From: Bacteroidaceae bacterium | GTDB lineage: Bacteria > Bacteroidota > Bacteroidia > Bacteroidales > Bacteroidaceae | NCBI GenBank assembly: GCA_017425985.1 | Contig: JAFOWI010000228.1 | Span: forward strand, 1-38,477 | Reading direction: 5' to 3' | DNA length: 38,477 nt | Shown: in pieces, positions 17,512 through 26,823 of the stretch | How positions within the stretch are numbered: the stretch's first letter is position 1 | Layout of the letters: every line of letters starts with the position of its first letter | The notes under the pieces: generated by a model | Seen by the model: the letters and a program-made list of their open reading frames with translations, nothing else | What the model was told of the DNA's origin: nothing | The model's database searches: none | Program-made: the position numbers and the translations under genes

Positions 17512-18136
17512 AAAGTTGCACTTCCATAACTTTCGTAGGACAAGCCTTCACACAACGCTCACATTTAATGCAATCGGGATGCAGGTAACCGCTCTCATCA
17601 CCACGCGAAACGTAGGGTGTCAGCTGCATTGGGCACACCTTGGCACAGCGCTTACACTTCATTTGACAAGCAGCCGACACGCACACACGGGGATATCCCT
17701 CCCTTTTACCTCGCGGAGTGACCCACGCCGAAAGTGTTCCCATAGGACAGAAACTACACCATGTTCGAGGAGCATATATCAATCCGAGTACCACTCCCAC
17801 CAATGTTGTAACCAATACGATGTTCCAAAAAGTGCGCCCGATTCCTGCGAGCGTGAATCCGTTGAGATAAAGCTGCACTCCAAACATACTAAAGATAAAA
17901 ATCAACATGAACACACGCATCGCCTTGCTACGCACAAACTCAGGAATAGGTTTGTGAGGCGAAAACCTGCTTACAACTTTGTCATAAAAACTGCCACGCG
18001 GACAAAAATGCCCACACCAATACCTACCCTTACGCACAGCCATTGCTACGGAACCAATCATGCAGACTATAGCCAACACACCAATTTCAGGCACAAAATA
18101 GGCAACAATTAAATACAAAAATAAAATCCAATACAT
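17510..18136 (-). CDS. 4Fe-4S binding membrane protein (NapH/MauN-like polyferredoxin)
   Basis: Two R.WC..FCP.G motifs between TM helices; C-terminal CxxxCxxCxxxCP and CxxCxxCxxxCP. Confidence 0.9.
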   Translation of the reverse strand: MYWILFLYLIVAYFVPEIGVLAIVCMIGSVAMAVRKGRYWCGHFCPRGSFYDKVVSRFSPHKPIPEFVRSKAMRVFMLIFIFSMFGVQLYLNGFTLAGIGRTFWNIVLVTTLVGVVLGLIYAPRTWCSFCPMGTLSAWVTPRGKREGYPRVCVSAACQMKCKRCAKVCPMQLTPYVSRGDESGYLHPDCIKCERCVKACPTKVMEVQL

Positions 18137-18308
18137 AATAAAAGTTTAGTTTAAGAATTATGACATATAAGTCAATCAACTTCAGCAATAGCCGACGAAA
18201 TTAGAAATACGATGAGCCACGACCGCTCTAAGCATATAAAAAACTGTGCTGCATTAATCGTAAATCAACAAATATTGCCGCTAAAAAAAAGAATGTACCA
18301 AGAAAAAA

Positions 18309-18629
18309 TCAAACCTCTTTAGTGCAAGAACAATCGTTGAAAAAATTTCCGAACAATTCCTTAGCCAGTGCCCAATGTTCGCGATGAATACAATACTTTA
18401 CTTTGGGAGGTTCGACCTCGCCTTGAATAAGTCCGGCGTCTTTGAGTTCCCTTAAATGCTGCGAAACAGTAGCTTTTGCAATCGGTAATTCTTCGTGAAT
18501 ACAACCAAAGCAGCAATCCTGCTTCTTGGCTAAAAATTGCAGTATAGCAATACGCGCGGGATGCCCCATTGCTTTTGCAAATCGCGCTATCTGCTCCTGG
18601 TTTATTGTATAATCTTTCATATCATTCAT
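18309..18629 (-). CDS. ArsR/SmtB family transcriptional regulator
   Basis: AKAMGHPARIAIL, DCCFGC, TVSQHLRELKDAGLIQG, YC and C-terminal CSC. Alternative start at 18620. Confidence 0.92.
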   Translation of the reverse strand: MNDMKDYTINQEQIARFAKAMGHPARIAILQFLAKKQDCCFGCIHEELPIAKATVSQHLRELKDAGLIQGEVEPPKVKYCIHREHWALAKELFGNFFNDCSCTKEV

Positions 18630-18643
18630 AGAAACGACCATAA

Positions 18644-18663
18644 TGTTCGTAAAATTACGAACA
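18644..18663. promoter_or_regulatory. Putative ArsR operator (9-2-9 inverted repeat)
   Basis: TGTTCGTAA-AA-TTACGAACA, 14 bp upstream of the ArsR start. Confidence 0.7.
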
Positions 18664-18956
18664 GAACTCTGAACTTCCAAAAAATATCTGCGTTATTTTA
18701 CACCACAGGTTCAAATATGTGAATCGGACATTAACAATACACAGCCGACAGACCAAAATACGGAGAAAATCCTTGCGCGAAGATACTGCTCAAATCGTAT
18801 CGGTCGCAACAATTTTGTACCAAATTTACGCTGATTCAAAGTGAATATTCCGTGCATATTCACAAAAATGCTAAAACCCAAAATTTGTTTACAAATTTTA
18901 ACAAATTGACAAATATCAGAAAATACAAAGTTTTAACAATTATTAACTTATTAGCG

Positions 18957-19082
18957 CTGAAATCGGAGGTTTTCGCGCCGAAATCGGTCGAAAAAGTTAC
19001 GACATCGGAGGTTGTGAAAACAACATCGGAGGTAATTTTAACAACCTCAAAGCTTGTTTTAACAACCTTTGAGGTTGTTTTT
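18957..19082. repeat. 21-bp-period degenerate tandem array (6 units, e.g. ACAACATCGGAGGTAATTTTA)
   Basis: Units start at 18957, 18978, 18999, 19020, 19041, 19062. Confidence 0.85.
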
Positions 19083-19097
19083 GCCATTTTGGGGCCG

Positions 19098-19169
19098 AAA
19101 AAAAGGGGAAACCGCGTGGTCTCCCCTTCTGTACTACAAAGATACAACATTTTTGAGCGAAATCCAAAT
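19098..19169 (-). promoter_or_regulatory. Repeated promoter module copy B followed by hairpin and U-tract (possible tiny RNA)
   Basis: TTTG-N20-TATCTTTG then AAGGGGAGACC-acgc-GGTTTCCCCTTTTTTT. Confidence 0.65.
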
Positions 19170-19419
19170 TCGCTTTTTTCGCGAATTTAGAATATTTTAA
19201 CAATTCGACACTACGTTTGCAATCTCAGAGTTTACAATTTACGTCGCGTTTTGTAAAGTCCACTTTCACCGCTCGTGCATAAATATGTGCATATTTGCAT
19301 AAAAATGCCGTTTTATGCATATTTTTATATTGCTCAGAAGCTACATATATAGCAACAATCATGTTTGAAAAACTCTGCCCAAAGGCAGGCACGGACTACA
19401 CAACCTCAAACTTCAGAAT

Positions 19420-20235
19420 TCAAGATTCGGCAGCCACAACTCCCTGAACGAACCTGCGCATTTGCTCAACCGGCATGCCACGCCTGTCGGCGTAGTCCGA
19501 AAGTTGTTCGGCGGTTATCGCTCCCACGGAGAAATATGCAGCCTGCGGATGCGCAAAGATAAGGCCCGAAACGGAGGCATGGGGCACCATCATGCCGCTC
19601 GATGTGAGCGAAATGCCAAGGTCGGCAAAGCACAAAAGTTTGTCGAACTCAAAATTCAAACTCATGTCGGGCAAACAAGGATAGCCCACCGCAGGACGAA
19701 TGCCCACGCGCGGCGCTGCTTCGCCGCATGCCCACTCATTATTATATATGTCCGTATGAATTTGCTCCGCGGCGGCTTCGGCCAAACGGTCGGCCAGGGT
19801 TTGGAGGAGCATACTTTGATAATCGTCCGCCCCACTCAGAAAAGCCGAAACATCGACCGAGGTGGCAAAAATACCAATGCGGTTGCCCACAGGATGGGCG
19901 CACCATTGCGGAGCTACGTAATCGGAAAGACAGCGGCAAACGTCGCCCTCACTCCCCACCACTTGCTGACGCAAACATGGAATACGAACCGCGCGGCCTG
20001 CAACTTCGACCCAAATATCATCGCCCCGGCTCACGGCATCCACGACCATCGCCTTTGCCCTGACGAGCAAACCGCGACTTTCAAGGTCGTTCAAGGTGCT
20101 CATGGCTTCGTCGAGCAACGCGCGTGCTTCGCTCGAAGCCGCAGCATCGCCCTTCAAGCCCCAAGCATGGAGGAAGTGGGGCCAACTGATGAGCTGTCGG
20201 AGCGATGTGGGCGTGTAGGTTTCGATTAGCGTCAT
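19420..20235 (-). CDS. Stand-alone B12-dependent methionine synthase activation (SAM-binding) domain protein
   Basis: I.W..F.HAW, LRQQ, CLSDYVAP, LADRLAEAAAE, GIRPAVGYP..PD, M.P.ASVSGL.FAHP.A.YF.VG motifs of the MetH C-terminal domain. Confidence 0.88.
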   Translation of the reverse strand: MTLIETYTPTSLRQLISWPHFLHAWGLKGDAAASSEARALLDEAMSTLNDLESRGLLVRAKAMVVDAVSRGDDIWVEVAGRAVRIPCLRQQVVGSEGDVCRCLSDYVAPQWCAHPVGNRIGIFATSVDVSAFLSGADDYQSMLLQTLADRLAEAAAEQIHTDIYNNEWACGEAAPRVGIRPAVGYPCLPDMSLNFEFDKLLCFADLGISLTSSGMMVPHASVSGLIFAHPQAAYFSVGAITAEQLSDYADRRGMPVEQMRRFVQGVVAAES

Positions 20236-21572
20236 GCTCGCTCAAAGCTTACGGCTTCGCCCATAGGTGCATCGCTGACGATGACTCCGTCTTTGTAAAC
20301 CGCCTTGCCGTTGCAATAGGTGCTCACCACCTTCCAATCGAACGTGCGACCTTCGAGCGGACTCCACTTGCATTTGCTCTCAACGTCGGCAGCACTGAGC
20401 GTCCATTGCGCATCAGGGCGCACCATTACGAAGTCGGCCTTATAACCCCTGCGCAGGTAGCCGCGCTCTGCGATGCTGAATCGCTGCGCCGGATGGTGGC
20501 AAGCCAGCGCTACGAGGCGCTCCAGCGTCAACACACCTTCGTTCACCAACTGCAAGAGCGACACGAGCAAAAATTGCACCATCGGCATGCCCGAAACGGC
20601 TTTTGCAGCTCCGCCTTGCTTTTCAGTAATGAGGTGGGGCGCATGGTCAGTGCCGATAGTGAAAATCCTTCCGTCGGCAAGGGCTGCGCGCAGAGCGGCT
20701 CTGTGGTGCTCACCCTTCACGGCTGGATTACACTTGATGCGAGCACCAAGCGTAGCGTAGTCGGCGTCGGTAAATACGAGGTGAGGCACGCACACTTCTG
20801 CCGTGATATTAGCACTGTCGGCGTCGAAAAGTTGGAGTTCGTCGGCGGTAGTGAGGTGCGCCACGTGCAACTGCGCACCATATTCGCGGGCAAGGTCAAC
20901 AGCCAGCTTTGTTGACAGATAGCAAGCCTCAGCCGAACGAATTTCGGGGTGGAGTTCCACTGCCGGGTCGTCGCCATGCGCTGCTTTGGCGGCTGCCATA
21001 TTGGCATTGATGGTGTTCGTGTCCTCGCAGTGCGTCATGATGGGCAATCGGGCGGATTGGAACAGTTTTCGGAGTGCCTCTTCTTGATCGACGAGCATGT
21101 TGCCTGTTGACGAACCCATAAATAGTTTGATGCCACACACCTTTGTGGCGTCAAGTTGCCGGAGCACGTCGATATTGTCGTTTGTAGCTCCGAAGAAGAC
21201 GCCGTAGTTCACGCAGCACTGCGCAGCAAACAAGTCCATCTTCTCAGCATAAGCATCGAGCGTGGTTGTTTGTGGCACAGTGTTGGGCATGTCGAAAACG
21301 GTCGTCACGCCCCCGGCTGCGGCCGCACGGCTCTCGTGGAGGATGTCGGCTTTGTGCGTGAGTCCCGGCTCACGAAAATGCACGTGGCAGTCAATCAGCC
21401 CCGGGAGCAGATAGAGTCCCGTGGCGTCAATCGTTTCGTCGGCGGCAATGGTTGCGACCTCGGCATCTTCAACAAACTTTGAAATCTTATCGCCCTCAAC
21501 GAGCATGTTGCCCACAAATTGCTTGCCCTCGTTCACGATGGTGGCATGCAGAATAAGCGTTGTATGTGACAT
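20232..21572 (-). CDS. pyrC: Dihydroorotase
   Basis: PGLIDCHVHFREPG, AAAAGGVTT..DMPNT, IKLFMGSSTG, KCNP, GTDHAPH, SKCKWSP. Confidence 0.93.
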   Translation of the reverse strand: MSHTTLILHATIVNEGKQFVGNMLVEGDKISKFVEDAEVATIAADETIDATGLYLLPGLIDCHVHFREPGLTHKADILHESRAAAAGGVTTVFDMPNTVPQTTTLDAYAEKMDLFAAQCCVNYGVFFGATNDNIDVLRQLDATKVCGIKLFMGSSTGNMLVDQEEALRKLFQSARLPIMTHCEDTNTINANMAAAKAAHGDDPAVELHPEIRSAEACYLSTKLAVDLAREYGAQLHVAHLTTADELQLFDADSANITAEVCVPHLVFTDADYATLGARIKCNPAVKGEHHRAALRAALADGRIFTIGTDHAPHLITEKQGGAAKAVSGMPMVQFLLVSLLQLVNEGVLTLERLVALACHHPAQRFSIAERGYLRRGYKADFVMVRPDAQWTLSAADVESKCKWSPLEGRTFDWKVVSTYCNGKAVYKDGVIVSDAPMGEAVSFERA

Positions 21573-21694
21573 AATCTAAGGTTTCTTTCCTGAAATTAAT
21601 AATTCATGAATCAAAAAAAGCGGCCACCAAGCCCCGACATCAACAGTCGTAGCCTGGGCCGCAAAACTTTTATAATACAGCAACACTGTGGCTG

Positions 21695-22441
21695 CTACTT
21701 ACGAGGCTTGATTTTTCCAAACATCGATGCCAATCGCAACTTCACCACGCCAAAGAGCGCTTCGCCAAAAATGCCGCCACTCATTTTGCTGGTTCCCAAT
21801 TCGCGATTCACAAAGATTACGGGCACTTCCTTAATCTTGAATCCGAGTTTATAGGCTGTAAACTTCATTTCAATCTGGAAAGCGTAGCCTTTGAAGCGGA
21901 TAGCGTCGAGGTCAATCGTTTCGAGCACCTTGCGGCGGTAGCACTTGAAGCCCGCCGTGGTGTCGTTGACAGGAATGCCCGTGATAAGCTGCACGTATTT
22001 TGAGGCATAGTAACTCATCAACACGCGCCCCATGGGCCAGTTCACAACATTTACACCCGTAATGTAGCGCGAACCGATGGCAACGTCGTAACCCTCGTCG
22101 CGAACGGCTTTGAGCAATCGGGGCACGTCCTTCGGGTCATGACTGAAGTCGGCATCCATCTCGAAGATGTAGTCGTACTGCTGCGCCACCGCCCACTTAA
22201 ATCCGGTGATGTAGGCCGTACCGAGTCCCAACTTACCCTTGCGTTCGATGATGTGGAGGCGGTCCTTGAAGTCCGTCGCCATGAGGCGTTTCACAATGTC
22301 TGCCGTTCCGTCGGGCGAGCCATCTTCGATTACAAGGATGTCAAATCCATCCTCCAGCGCCATGACGGCACGAATGATTGCCTCGATGTTTTCCTTCTCA
22401 TTATAAGTAGGGATAATTACTACACTTTTTCCTGGTTGCAT
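21695..22441 (-). CDS. Polyprenol/dolichol-phosphate mannosyltransferase (GT2)
   Basis: IIPTYNEKENI, DGSPDGT, KLGLGTAY, EMDADFSH, GSRY, GYAFQIEMK, GTSKMS. Start at MQPGK. Confidence 0.93.
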   Translation of the reverse strand: MQPGKSVVIIPTYNEKENIEAIIRAVMALEDGFDILVIEDGSPDGTADIVKRLMATDFKDRLHIIERKGKLGLGTAYITGFKWAVAQQYDYIFEMDADFSHDPKDVPRLLKAVRDEGYDVAIGSRYITGVNVVNWPMGRVLMSYYASKYVQLITGIPVNDTTAGFKCYRRKVLETIDLDAIRFKGYAFQIEMKFTAYKLGFKIKEVPVIFVNRELGTSKMSGGIFGEALFGVVKLRLASMFGKIKPRK

Positions 22442-22670
22442 AAATTTAGTCAAAAAAATTAGGGAAGTCAACGATGTATAAAAGCCGCTCTGCAAAACGC
22501 TCTTTGCAATTCGCACGCACAAATCGCTCAGCAAAGAAAGCATTTATTCTGCAAATGTAATAAAATCAAGCGACACAAACTCTTTGTTGCCCGAAATCTT
22601 TCGTAGCAAACAAAGAAAATCCTTAACTTTGCCCCATATTACAACTAAAAAAATAAAATACCGACTATCT

Positions 22671-23735
22671 ATGAAGAAATTTCTCTCCGCGCTGACACTT
22701 TGCGCCGCAACGCTCACCGCAACTGCTCAGCAGTACACCATTGAAGGCACAGCCCCCGAAGGAGTATTGAAAGTGTACATCAAAAATTTTGAATCAAAGT
22801 CCGTTGACTCCACGTTCGTGTCGCAGGGCAAATTTTCGTTCAAAGGCGATGCTGAAGGAAAGCTGTTTGCACAAATTTACACCGATGACCGCCGCGATGT
22901 CTATGTCGTACTCGATGGAAACGTAAACATCAATTTTGCGGACGCCACCGTCACCGGTTCGGAGGACAACAACCTGATGAGCCAATGGAAAAAGCGTCTT
23001 GAGACCAACGAAGCAGAGATAAAGTCTATCATGCAGCAGTATCAGGCAAAGAAGCAAGCCGGTGAGTCCGACGAAGCACTTAAGCCCCTCATCGAACGCT
23101 ACAATGCGCTTTCGGCAGAAACAAGCAAGAATGTCATCACACTCTGCGAAACATATCCCAACCTTAAGTTCCCAGCACTCTTCCTCGCCTTCTACGCCTC
23201 AAACCTCGACCGCGAAGAAGTCGTACGTATTGCAGACATGAAGCCTGCTTACCTCGACCTCTCGCTCGTTGCGCGCCTCAAGACATACATCAACGGATGG
23301 CGCAGCCAAATGCCTGGTGCTATGGTTCAGAACTTCGCTATGGCCGACACTACAGGCACCGTACGCCAGCTCACAGATTTTGTAGGCAAGGGCAAGTATG
23401 TACTCGTTGATTTCTGGGCAAGCTGGTGTGGTCCCTGCCGCAAGGAAATTCCTGGTGTTAAGGAAGCATATGAAATGTATAAGGACAAAGGTTTTGACAT
23501 CGTAGGCGTTTCGCTCGACAACAACAAGAAGGCTTGGGTAGGCGCTATCAACAAATACGAGCTCCCCTGGCATCATATCTCAGACCTCAAGGGTTGGCAG
23601 TGCGAAGGCGCTGCACTCTACGGAGTAAACGCCATCCCGGCAACTCTTCTTTTCGACCCCGAAGGCAAGGTCATCGCATCTGGACTTAATGCCGAAACGC
23701 TGAAACAAAAGCTCGCTGAAATTTTTAAGCAATAA
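22671..23735 (+). CDS. TlpA-family thiol:disulfide oxidoreductase with DUF4369-like N-terminus
   Basis: Signal peptide MKKFLSALTL; LVDFWASWCGPCR; GVSLD; IPAT.L.DP.GK. Confidence 0.92.
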   Translation: MKKFLSALTLCAATLTATAQQYTIEGTAPEGVLKVYIKNFESKSVDSTFVSQGKFSFKGDAEGKLFAQIYTDDRRDVYVVLDGNVNINFADATVTGSEDNNLMSQWKKRLETNEAEIKSIMQQYQAKKQAGESDEALKPLIERYNALSAETSKNVITLCETYPNLKFPALFLAFYASNLDREEVVRIADMKPAYLDLSLVARLKTYINGWRSQMPGAMVQNFAMADTTGTVRQLTDFVGKGKYVLVDFWASWCGPCRKEIPGVKEAYEMYKDKGFDIVGVSLDNNKKAWVGAINKYELPWHHISDLKGWQCEGAALYGVNAIPATLLFDPEGKVIASGLNAETLKQKLAEIFKQ

Positions 23736-23741
23736 AAAAGA

Positions 23742-23795
23742 AAGGTCCTTAAATTCTTTAGCAACTCTATCGGCACTAAGGATTTTAAGGACCTT
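23742..23795 (+). terminator. Long hairpin downstream of the TlpA gene
   Basis: AAGGTCCTTAAA...TTTAAGGACCTT. Confidence 0.55.
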
Positions 23796-23844
23796 CGTAC
23801 TTACTGAAACTCACACACAACCTTTAAACTCATACCTCACAACT

Positions 23845-24492
23845 ATGCAAACATTTTTGAAAAGCGCAGCTGTCCGCGCGCTGCTCATCCTACTCATGGG
23901 CATAGGCTTGATTGCCTACGCCGACATTGCACCGACAATGATTGTACGCGCCCTTGGGTTGCTCTTCATCATCCCGGGACTGGTAACAACACTCAGCGCT
24001 TTCGCTTCAAAACCCTCGGGAGCACCGATGTTGCCCTCCGTCGTTGGGGGCGGCAGCATCTTCTTCGGCGTTATCCTGCTGTTGCTGCCCGGTCTGTTCG
24101 TCGGCATACTGATGTACTTGCTGGCAGCGTTGATTATATTGGTAAGTGGAATGCAGTTGTTGCGATTAATCCAAATGCTGCGCGAGGGGATGAGCGTCAA
24201 TATCTTCTACTTCGTCTTTCCTATTGCAACGCTCATCGCAGGTATTTACATCCTCGCCTACCCTAACGAAACGGCAAGCCTACCTTTCGTCATCATGGGC
24301 TATGCAGCAACGATTTATGCCGTATGCGAACTCGTTTTGATTCTGAAATCTTACTTCTACCACCGCTCTTTGCGTAAGGCAGAGCGGGCTATGCAGGCTG
24401 AAGCCCACCCTACTCCCGATGTTCAAGAATCTGCGACTGACGAAGCCGAAGTCGAGTTGCTTATTCAGGACGACGAACCAAAAAACGTTTGA
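23845..24492 (+). CDS. HdeD/DUF308 family membrane protein
   Basis: Six hydrophobic helices in two G..L...P repeats; acidic tail. Confidence 0.75.
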   Translation: MQTFLKSAAVRALLILLMGIGLIAYADIAPTMIVRALGLLFIIPGLVTTLSAFASKPSGAPMLPSVVGGGSIFFGVILLLLPGLFVGILMYLLAALIILVSGMQLLRLIQMLREGMSVNIFYFVFPIATLIAGIYILAYPNETASLPFVIMGYAATIYAVCELVLILKSYFYHRSLRKAERAMQAEAHPTPDVQESATDEAEVELLIQDDEPKNV

Positions 24493-24496
24493 TTTT

Positions 24497-25558
24497 ATGA
24501 CAAACAAAATTCATTTTCAATGTGATTACACCGAAGGCGCTCACCCTGCTATCCTCGAACGCCTCGCTACGACAAACATGGAGCAAACCGTGGGCTACGG
24601 TGAGGATGCTTACTGCGACGCAGCGCGCGATAAGATTCGCCAGGCTTGCGGCAATGCCGACCTCGACGTTCACTTCTTAGTGGGCGGCACGCAGACCAAC
24701 GCCACCGTCATCTCTCACTCGCTACGTCCCTTCGAAGGAGTGCTTGCAGCAGAAACGGCGCACATCGCCGTGCACGAAACCGGTGCCATCGAACACGCCG
24801 GCCACAAAGTGCTCACCCTTGCCGCTACCGACGGGAAAATATCCGCCCAGCAAGTGCGTACACTCATGGAAGAACACCTTGCAGACAGTAGCTTCGAACA
24901 TACCGTGCGCCCTGCAATGGTTTATATTTCCTTCCCCACTGAGTTAGGTACGCTCTACCCCAAAGCCGAACTTCAAGCATTGCGAAGCGTCTGCGATGAA
25001 TATAAACTTCCTCTCTTTCTCGATGGTGCACGCCTTGGCTACGGACTTGCAGCCCCTTCGTGCGACCTCACACTCGCAGAGGTAGCACAACTCACCGATG
25101 TCTTCTACATCGGAGGCACAAAAGTAGGCGCACTCTTTGGTGAAGCCCTCGTCATCAGCCATCCACTAATAAAATCCCATTTCCGCTATAGCATCAAGCA
25201 AGGCGGAGGTATGCTTGCCAAAGGAAGACTTCTTGGACTCCAGTTCGACACACTCTTTACCGATGACCTCATGGGGAAAATTTCACAACATGCCATCCGT
25301 CAAGCCCTCCGCATCCGCGAGGCGCTCAATGCATGCGGCATCCACTTCCTTGTCGAAACGGACACCAACCAACTCTTTCCCATCCTGCCCAACGCATGGC
25401 TCAAGCAACTCGAATCGCGTTTCCAATTCTCTTTCTGGCAGAAAACAGACGAGCAACACTCTGCTGTGCGCATTTGTACAAGCTGGGCAACTACAGAAGA
25501 TAATGTTAACGCTCTTATCGAAGCCATCCAGCTACTCCATTCAAAAGCAAACGCCTAA
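24497..25558 (+). CDS. ltaE: Low-specificity L-threonine aldolase
   Basis: F.CDY.EGAHP, GYG.D, GGTQTN, HI.VHETGA, PTELGT.Y, LDGARL, GGTKVG, LAKGR. Start at MTNKI. Confidence 0.9.
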   Translation: MTNKIHFQCDYTEGAHPAILERLATTNMEQTVGYGEDAYCDAARDKIRQACGNADLDVHFLVGGTQTNATVISHSLRPFEGVLAAETAHIAVHETGAIEHAGHKVLTLAATDGKISAQQVRTLMEEHLADSSFEHTVRPAMVYISFPTELGTLYPKAELQALRSVCDEYKLPLFLDGARLGYGLAAPSCDLTLAEVAQLTDVFYIGGTKVGALFGEALVISHPLIKSHFRYSIKQGGGMLAKGRLLGLQFDTLFTDDLMGKISQHAIRQALRIREALNACGIHFLVETDTNQLFPILPNAWLKQLESRFQFSFWQKTDEQHSAVRICTSWATTEDNVNALIEAIQLLHSKANA

Positions 25559-25575
25559 TTTTAGCATTAGCAAAT

Positions 25576-25642
25576 AAGTGGGTGTGTCAAAACTGGCACA
25601 CCCACTTTTTATATTACAAAGTCCCGACTTTCACAAGCCAGG
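25576..25642 (+). repeat. IS1182-end-like repeat: GGGTGTGTCAAAACTGGCACACCC hairpin + ACAAAGTCCCGACTTTCACAAGCCAGG
   Basis: Same two blocks in the same orientation at 30874-30948. Confidence 0.85.
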
Positions 25643-26774
25643 CGCCTTGCCTTTTGGATTTCCGACGCACGCGTTTCCACCACAAGTAATAGCCCGTCAA
25701 GGGAAGCGACGCGCCGACGAGGACTGCAAGTAGCCAAATCCATCGACCTAAAGTTCCGGCGAAGGTTCCCGTGTGTAGGGTGAAAATCCACCCACTGATT
25801 TTGCGGCTGTAGGGGGATGCTTCGTAGGGCATTACTTCGGTAATTGCGCCCGAGGCGTCAAGGGTGTATTGATCGGCAGCGCGCGCATTGCCCCACGCTT
25901 CGCGTTTCACCGATGCGCTTCGAGGCTTGAGCGTTATCTGCTGGAAGGAGCCTGCAGCCTGTTGTACGTTCTCCAAAGCTTGTTGCCAAGCAAAGTCTTT
26001 GCGGCTGCCGCCCTTGCCCTTTTGGCGGTCTTCTCCCGAAGGTGCAGAATGCGCGGGCGACGCAGCAGGTGCAGCTCCGAAAAGGGCATAGAACCCGTCT
26101 TTATACCATTTGAACGACCACGTCAACCCTGTTGCCGCCATGAGCAGCAAGAGGGCGAACGTGAATGCGCCACCCGAGAGATGCAGACCGTGAAGGAAGG
26201 GGCGCAGTCCGCGACGCACGGGAATCTTCATGCTGGCACGGAGGGCGCGGGTGGACTTTGGCCACCACAGGATGAGCCCCGTGATGAGAATCAGCAGGAA
26301 GAGCAGCGTGCTGGTGCCGACCAGGAGTTTGCCCCAGCCAATGCTGCCATCTTCTGCCCGAGCGGGGCCGAGCAACCAGCGGTGCAGTTTGAACATGGTG
26401 GCGAAGAAGGGTGCGCGCTGCGGACTTCCTAACACCTCTCCCGTATAGGGATTTACATATATGCTTGCCTTACGGGGCTTTGAGAGGGAGAATTGGTAGG
26501 AGCGCAGGGAGTCGGCAAAAATGGTGGCACCCGTGATTTTGACATCGTCGGGCAATGTAGATTGCGCTTGTTTTACCAATACATCAAGCGGAAGGCGCAC
26601 GTCCTCGCTCGGAGTTACATACTGCAAATGGCGTTGGGCGCTGGGCGCAAAGTCTTTCTCCACCGCCAGCATCGCTCCGCTTAAGCAAATCAACGAAATT
26701 ACGATGCCGAAAGGCAGGGATAGGTAGAGGTGAACCTGCTTGAAAAGTTTTTTTATCTGTCTTTGAGAAGGCAT
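25614..26774 (-). CDS. PepSY-associated TM helix protein
   Basis: VHLYLSL..G....CLSG, YVNPYTG, LHRWL, TGL..WWP, LH..G, TGL.WS, LHTG motifs. Confidence 0.92.
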   Translation of the reverse strand: MPSQRQIKKLFKQVHLYLSLPFGIVISLICLSGAMLAVEKDFAPSAQRHLQYVTPSEDVRLPLDVLVKQAQSTLPDDVKITGATIFADSLRSYQFSLSKPRKASIYVNPYTGEVLGSPQRAPFFATMFKLHRWLLGPARAEDGSIGWGKLLVGTSTLLFLLILITGLILWWPKSTRALRASMKIPVRRGLRPFLHGLHLSGGAFTFALLLLMAATGLTWSFKWYKDGFYALFGAAPAASPAHSAPSGEDRQKGKGGSRKDFAWQQALENVQQAAGSFQQITLKPRSASVKREAWGNARAADQYTLDASGAITEVMPYEASPYSRKISGWIFTLHTGTFAGTLGRWIWLLAVLVGASLPLTGYYLWWKRVRRKSKRQGAWLVKVGTL

Positions 26775-26823
26775 AATCAGAGGGTTGTGTTGTGGTTTAG
26801 GAAGGCGGTGGAGACAGGTCGGA

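Noticed and set aside
18957-19082. 21-bp and 70-bp arrays as CRISPR
   Set aside because: Contiguous degenerate units with no unique spacers and no cas genes in the window.
18860-19150. ORFs with 7-aa repeats (18860-19150, 18852-19190, 36969-37205)
   Set aside because: A 21-bp period keeps frames open automatically, and the minus-strand ATGs lie inside the promoter upstream of a terminator. Not called as CDS, though not formally excluded.
16749-19400. Integrative element at tRNA-His
   Set aside because: No integrase and no duplicated tRNA 3' end seen.
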